Source: Selaginella moellendorffii (taxonomy: Eukaryota > Plantae > Lycopodiophyta). Taken from it: a stretch of DNA of 64,000 nt. Below the pieces are notes generated by a model, which worked only from the letters and a program-made list of their open reading frames with translations, was not told the DNA's origin and searched no databases. The stretch lies in the NCBI RefSeq assembly GCF_000143415.4, contig NW_003314451.1:37323-101322 (forward strand), in the 5' to 3' direction. A program made the position numbers and the translations under genes. Shown piece by piece: positions 58,201 to 64,000 of the stretch (within the stretch, counting starts at the first letter, position 1; each line of letters starts with the position of its first letter).

Positions 58201-59620
58201 GATGAACCGGTGCCGAGTGAACCCCTTGATGATACTCTTGAAAGAAAGATGGAGGGGTCACTGACTTATTTGCGCAAGGTCTTTCCGTTACTCGCGTGGC
58301 TCCTCATTTCCTGGATGCATCTCGATGTCCAGACCTTCCACTACAGCAGCACTAACGGGACGTTGCTGACGCCAAGGTCTCCAACTAGGAAATGGAGGTT
58401 GCAAATCCGGAAAACACTGACAATGCTGATAAGTATAACCAACTTCATCACATGCCCAGTAGCGAATATCATGGCCATGACTACGTCCTCGCCCTTGTCC
58501 TTGGACTTGAGTAGCAGTAGCATCAACCTTCATGGGAACAGAACCATCACTCATAGGAAGTGGAGCTGAAGGACGTGAAACAAGAAGTGGAAGAGGCAAC
58601 ATCTTATAACGTTGTGTTAAGCGAAGGGCATTGTTAAAGGTGACAGGAGCAAGTGCATGCACAAGTCCGACCAGATCTTGACGAAGTGCTAGCCATAACA
58701 TTTCTAGCTTGATTCATTCTGACATATTTAGCTCCACACAAAGCAAAGGACTTTGGAAACAAACGCCAAATTGCATCACCGACTCAAATGGCTTTTGGCG
58801 AAAACGATGCAATTGTTGGAAGGCATCATCATAATCATTAGCATATCCGAAGGCGCATTTGAAGACATCTAGGAGAACACTCCAATCCCCACGAGTGGCT
58901 GCACTCAAACCATTGTACCACTGCAATATTGTCCCTTGGAGACACATGGGAAACTCATGCAAATGTTGAGCATCATCCCAAGAATGATATGTGGCAATCA
59001 CCGTGAAGTGATTGAATTAATAGTACATATCATCCCTAGGATTCCTGGGAAAGAACTCCAGCCGAACGCAAGGATTGGCACCAAGAGTAGAAAAAGTTGT
59101 GCCACGTGCCATGAATGCTGCCATCAATTAAGTTTGGTTGTTCAATTGCAAGTGTATAGCATTAAACAATTGTACCAATTGCTGCTCCAAAGTCAAAACA
59201 AGAGATTGCTGATTTGCCATGAAGATGAACGAAAAAGAAAGAGCAAAAGAAGAGAAATGACAAAAAACTAGAAGGAAATGGTTGATCTAGACAATGCAAA
59301 AAGCTAAATGTAAACTAAAATCCTAAAAAGAAAGAACAAAAGAAAGGAAATGGAAAAAACTATATCTAAACAATGCAAAAGCTAGATCTAAACTAAAATC
59401 CCAAATCCAAGCACTCCTCAGGGACAATCAAAGGTGCCCTTCACCTCCACTAATGTGAGTGCTTGGAATATGAAAAAGGAATACAGAAAATGTACATATC
59501 AATTAACCCAAAAACCCTAATTTATATACAAGAGCGAGTGGTCCGGATTGAAACCAATCTAATAGCTATTAAAATCTCATTATGCTAATATTAGTATATG
59601 GCATTGACTTGGTCCTCACA
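55231..59620 (-). mobile_element. Degenerate Ty3/Gypsy retrotransposon (5' LTR 59454-59620, tRNA-Ala-like PBS, gag-PR-RT-RH-INT); the 3' end is in the gap
   Basis: 167-bp LTR bounded by TGTGAG...CTCACA, PBS T(A)GTGGAGGTGAAGGG, and motifs DLILGMDWL, KPDGSIRFCINY, FIDDVLIHS, HVDASDIGLGGVL, HPIAYISR, SDNGPAF, YHPQSNGVVER. Confidence 0.93.
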
Positions 59621-60664
59621 AGGTATATTTTACTATTTAAAAAATTATAAATATGTTTTATAATTTTTTAAAAATATATTAGCATATTATAATATTTAAC
59701 ATATAATCAAGCAGATTTATAATTTACAAACATCTTGATATTTTTTATTTTAAAAGTAATTAGTGGTGTAAATATTTCTGTGTTAGTTTTAGTTCCTTGT
59801 AATAGTTATAAATGGGATTTAGATATAATGGTTTTATTTGATAGCATTGATTTGAAAGTTGTGATTCTAGTTTTATCTTGAGTGAGTTAGTCTTATTAGT
59901 AACTAATCAATAAAATGAAAAACTGCTACATGTCTAGCATACTATACATACAAGCTTACTTGAGAAAGTGGCAATGCACATGAAGAGTAAAGTGCTTCAT
60001 ATGAAATTTATTTTCCATTATTTTAATATAGTATTTGTGTAGTTTGAATTTTTTAGAAAACATCTTCATTTCAGCTCTATAGCATATTGAATACAATATA
60101 TAATCCATGTATTTTGAATTTAAAATGTGATTTATAATTTGCGGCTGTGCATCTAATATAAAAACACTAAAAATACTAAAATTATTATTTATAATTGTAA
60201 AATTACAAAAGTTAGAAAAATTATAAACATTCTTAAGAATTTATAAATTTAATAATAATCTAATATCAGTTATATGAAATAATATAATGCATATTCAAGA
60301 ATATTCTAAGTATACATATATATCATTTGACTAATAAGAATAAATACTTGATGGAATTAAGGAAATCTTACAATAATAAAAAATAATATTTATTTTCTAA
60401 CAAAAATAGATGTTAAAAGTAAGATAAAAATGAAATCTGTATTAAAAACTCCTGGTTTCATTTACAATGTAGTGTGAAAACTATTGCTTAAAATATCAAA
60501 TTAATTAATATTATATAAATTTATTTATTTATATTATATTTTATCCATTTAATATATTTCTTACATTAATAAACTTTAAATATGAAATTAATACTAATTT
60601 ACTTATAAAAGCTAAAATTTAAAATTTATTATGACTAATAGGAGTTTATATTTTTTATTCAAGA

Positions 60665-63600
60665 TGTGAGTTCCAAATATACAACTAAAACCCCATATAT
60701 TAATATTAACATAGTGGGATTTTAGTAGCTATCAGATTTGTTTCAATATAAAGTTTTGGGGCTAATTCAATATACACATTTTTATATTTTACCATATCTC
60801 ATGTTTTCACATTTGTGGTGGTGAGGGGTAACTCTAATTATCCTGATAAGTGCTTAGGTTTGTGCTTTTGATTTAGATTTAGCTTCTATATCTTATAAAT
60901 CTCTCTTATTTGTATAGTTTTTCAACTTTTTATCTTTTGCATTTCTTCTTTTTGTTCATCTTCATGGCAAAATAACAACTTCCTCTTCTTTTGACTTTGG
61001 AGTAATAATTAATGTAGTTGCTCAATGTTGTATAGTTGTAATTGAACAATTAGACTCAATTGGTGGTGGCAATCATAGCACATGGTGCACCTCTTCTTAC
61101 TCTTGTTGCCAATTATTATGTCCAACCAAAGTTTTTTTTATGGGAATCTTGAGGATGATATGTAGCATTTGCATGAGTTTCCCACATGTCTCGAAGGGAT
61201 GGCAATACAATGGTACAATAGTTTAAGAGTGGCAACTTGTGTAGATTGGAGCCTTCTCTTAAATACATGTGGACATGCTAATGATCGTAATGATGCATTT
61301 CAGCAATTGTATCATCTTTGTCAATAGTTATTTGAGTTAGTAATGCAATTTAGTGTCCACTTCCAGAACCTCTTATTTCGTGTAAAGCTAAATATATGGT
61401 TAGCACTTCGTCAATGTGGGCTTGTGCATACACTAACTGCAACCACCTTTAATAATGCCATTTAATTGCATAACACTATGAAACATCACCTTTCCCACAT
61501 ATCACTATAAATTTTATAGTTCCACTTTCTGTGGAAGATGATCCTATCACGTTATTGATCCTCTTTATTGATCTTCCAGATTATATGGGAAGAAGCTATT
61601 AGTACTAAGTTAAATTTTGCTTATATGTATTAGCAAGTGCTGATGGCTAAGATTAAAGTTCCTAAGGCTACTTTTCATAAATCATTTGGTTTATACAAGT
61701 TCTTTATAATGCCAATGAACAATGCTCCAATGGCTTTCTTTTTAATAAATGATAGACGAGGTTCTTTGTGATATACTAGAGGTGATTATTAACTTTATTG
61801 ATGATGTTTTAATTCACTTGAAGGGGATATAGAAGGAGCACATATGTGATATTTGCAAAGTGCTAGATTGGTTGCGGGAAGTTGATTTAAATTTGAAGCA
61901 GTCGAAGTGCATACTTAGATCTAAAGACACAACTTACCTTGTGTATTATATTTCTCGTAAAGGTTTGCAAATCAATTTTAACAAGGGTGTTGCTAGTTTA
62001 AAGTTCCCTACTTCGAAGTGTGTGAATGATATGTAATGGTTTTTGGATAAGATGTAATATCTTAGTTGTTTTATTGATTATCTTTTTAATTGTATTACAC
62101 TATTGCGAGCATTGCTAAAGTCGTTAATATAATTTTTCATCTGGTCCAAGGATTGAGAATAGGCATTTTACAAACTTCAAAGGGTTGTTGATATCTCCAT
62201 CAATTTTAGCATATCTTTGACTACACTCAATCTTTCATTTTGCATATAATCTCAAAGGTACTTTAATGTAAGAGAGCATGAGTGTGCTTGATTAGCGTTA
62301 TTTCATTACATATATCAATTGTATATTGCAACTAGTAAACGTGAATTACTTTACAATAGAAAAGTGTTTAGCAATAATTTAGGGTTTCAAGAAGGTTCAT
62401 ACATAATTGTATGGTTTTTGCATATTACTAGAAAGTGCTTATACTGTAGTTACTTCATTATTAAAATGGAAGAACTTAGTTTGTTTTATTGTTAGATAGG
62501 TTTGAAGCTTAAGATATATGATTTTGAAATTGTTCATTGATTAAGAAGTTTTATGGTTGATATTGATTGAGTTTTTCTCTTTTCTTTGCTCTTTTTTTCT
62601 ATTCTTGATAAGTCTATTATTCTATCATTTATGGATTTTCTAAATGAGGATTTTGTGCTGTCAGTAGTTGTTCTACTTAATGTTCAATGTCCTTAAGGTT
62701 GAAGCAAGATTTACCTTCTCTTTACGAGATTCGTGAGGCTCAAATTGTGGATTTAAAGGTTTTATGATGGAATTGAGAATCTAAACAAATAAAATAATGC
62801 TATAGCCATGAGAAAAAATATCTTTTTTCTCATTTCCTTGCTAATGACTTGCCATTTTGGCATTTACATTCTTAATATTACCTTGAGGATGACTTTCTTT
62901 ATTTTTTTGGGATAAATTCTAATAATCATTTATGATTAGTGGTGCCTTCAATTTTTATTCCATGCATTCTCTATATATACCATGATTCTCCTATTTAGGC
63001 AAATATATAAAATATCGTTATATAATTGAAAAGTTGCACAAGGTTTTTTATTAGTCTGAGATGTGATGTGATGTTATTCAATATATGTATAACTATGTTT
63101 GGTGCCAAGATTGTAATACTCCCCTTGATGTTGTAGAAGGATGGTTGGAATTAATTATAATTTCCTGTCTGTTGGAGTTGATGGTGTTTGATATGATAGG
63201 GCTTTTTCTATGACTAATTGTTGGCAATGAGTATGTCATTATTACTTTTGATTACTTGACTTGCAAAGTGGAAATTCATTGCTTTTGTTACTATATTTGC
63301 AACTATTGTTGGATACTTCCTGAATTAAGTGGTGTTATAACATTACTGTCTAGAGTAAATTATTTTAAATAATGGTTCTACTTTGATAGTTGAGGCATTT
63401 CAAGTTTTAACATTTTAATTAGGGATACAGCACACTTTTACAAGTGTTTATCATCCACAAATAAATAGTTTAGTGAAACAGCTCATTTAGACTTTCAAAA
63501 GGATGATTATAATATATATGAACTTTTAATATATGAATTAGAATAGTTATTTATTATTTGTTTGGTATATGTATGTTATAAAGGTCTAGAATTCCTTTGG

Positions 63601-64000
63601 TGCTTCACCATAAAAACTTTTGTATAGTCATGATCTAATATAAGTAATGGAGTTAAGTTTACTTTTATGATTGCTAGGAGCTATCGATGCTAGGTTCAAG
63701 GATCAGTAACTAACTAAGATTCTTTCATTAATTTGAACAGAGTCTATTGAACACTTGGGCCATATACAAGTGGGACAATAATGATATTACAACTCCTATC
63801 ATCATCCACATATGTAGTATAAAGTGGATGATCTAATATTAATTTATTTTCCCAATCTTATAATGCATGGTTTATCTATGAAACTCTTTGCTAAGTGGAA
63901 GGGATTGTTAGTGCTACGGCAAGTTGAACCATAAGTTTATACAGTTCAACATGAAATTTAATAAGTTGATTCTCAAAAATTTCTACATATGTACCAGCTA
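60665..64000 (+). mobile_element. Second, much more decayed copy of the same Gypsy family in the opposite orientation
   Basis: LTR 60665-60811 (TGTGAG...TTCACA) and PBS TTGTGGTGGTGAGGGGTA. It aligns colinearly with the reverse complement of 55231-59620, with an internal deletion covering PR and the RT start. Confidence 0.9.

Overview
Eukaryotic land-plant nuclear DNA. Very short introns (about 50-90 nt), dense genes and intronless SS-rich PLS-PPR genes point to a lycophyte, probably Selaginella (inference). The left ~34 kb is GC-balanced and gene-dense. It holds a germin-like protein tandem cluster (2 intact copies, 2 pseudogenes) interleaved with decayed tRNA-Tyr and methyltransferase fragments, then RPS20, a GDSL lipase and three PLS-class PPR genes. 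It also holds a 7-member array of tiny spliced CxxC HMA-like genes that the ORF track misses, an auxilin-like J-domain gene, two tRNA-Ile(UAU) copies and an IGHMBP2/SMUBP-2-like SF1 helicase. The right ~30 kb is an AT-rich, TE-rich compartment built on a triplicated segment containing the helicase 3' half, two intact copies of a very AT-rich intronless secreted protein, and an LRR receptor-like fragment. It also contains Gypsy and Copia remnants and two head-to-head Gypsy elements with short LTRs. The most interesting object is that 288-aa protein: signal peptide + unrecognised, rapidly diversifying N-domain + EKR linker + conserved bulb-type mannose-binding lectin, which looks like a candidate lectin-targeted defence/toxin system. 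N gaps lie at 32859-32958 and 54245-55230.
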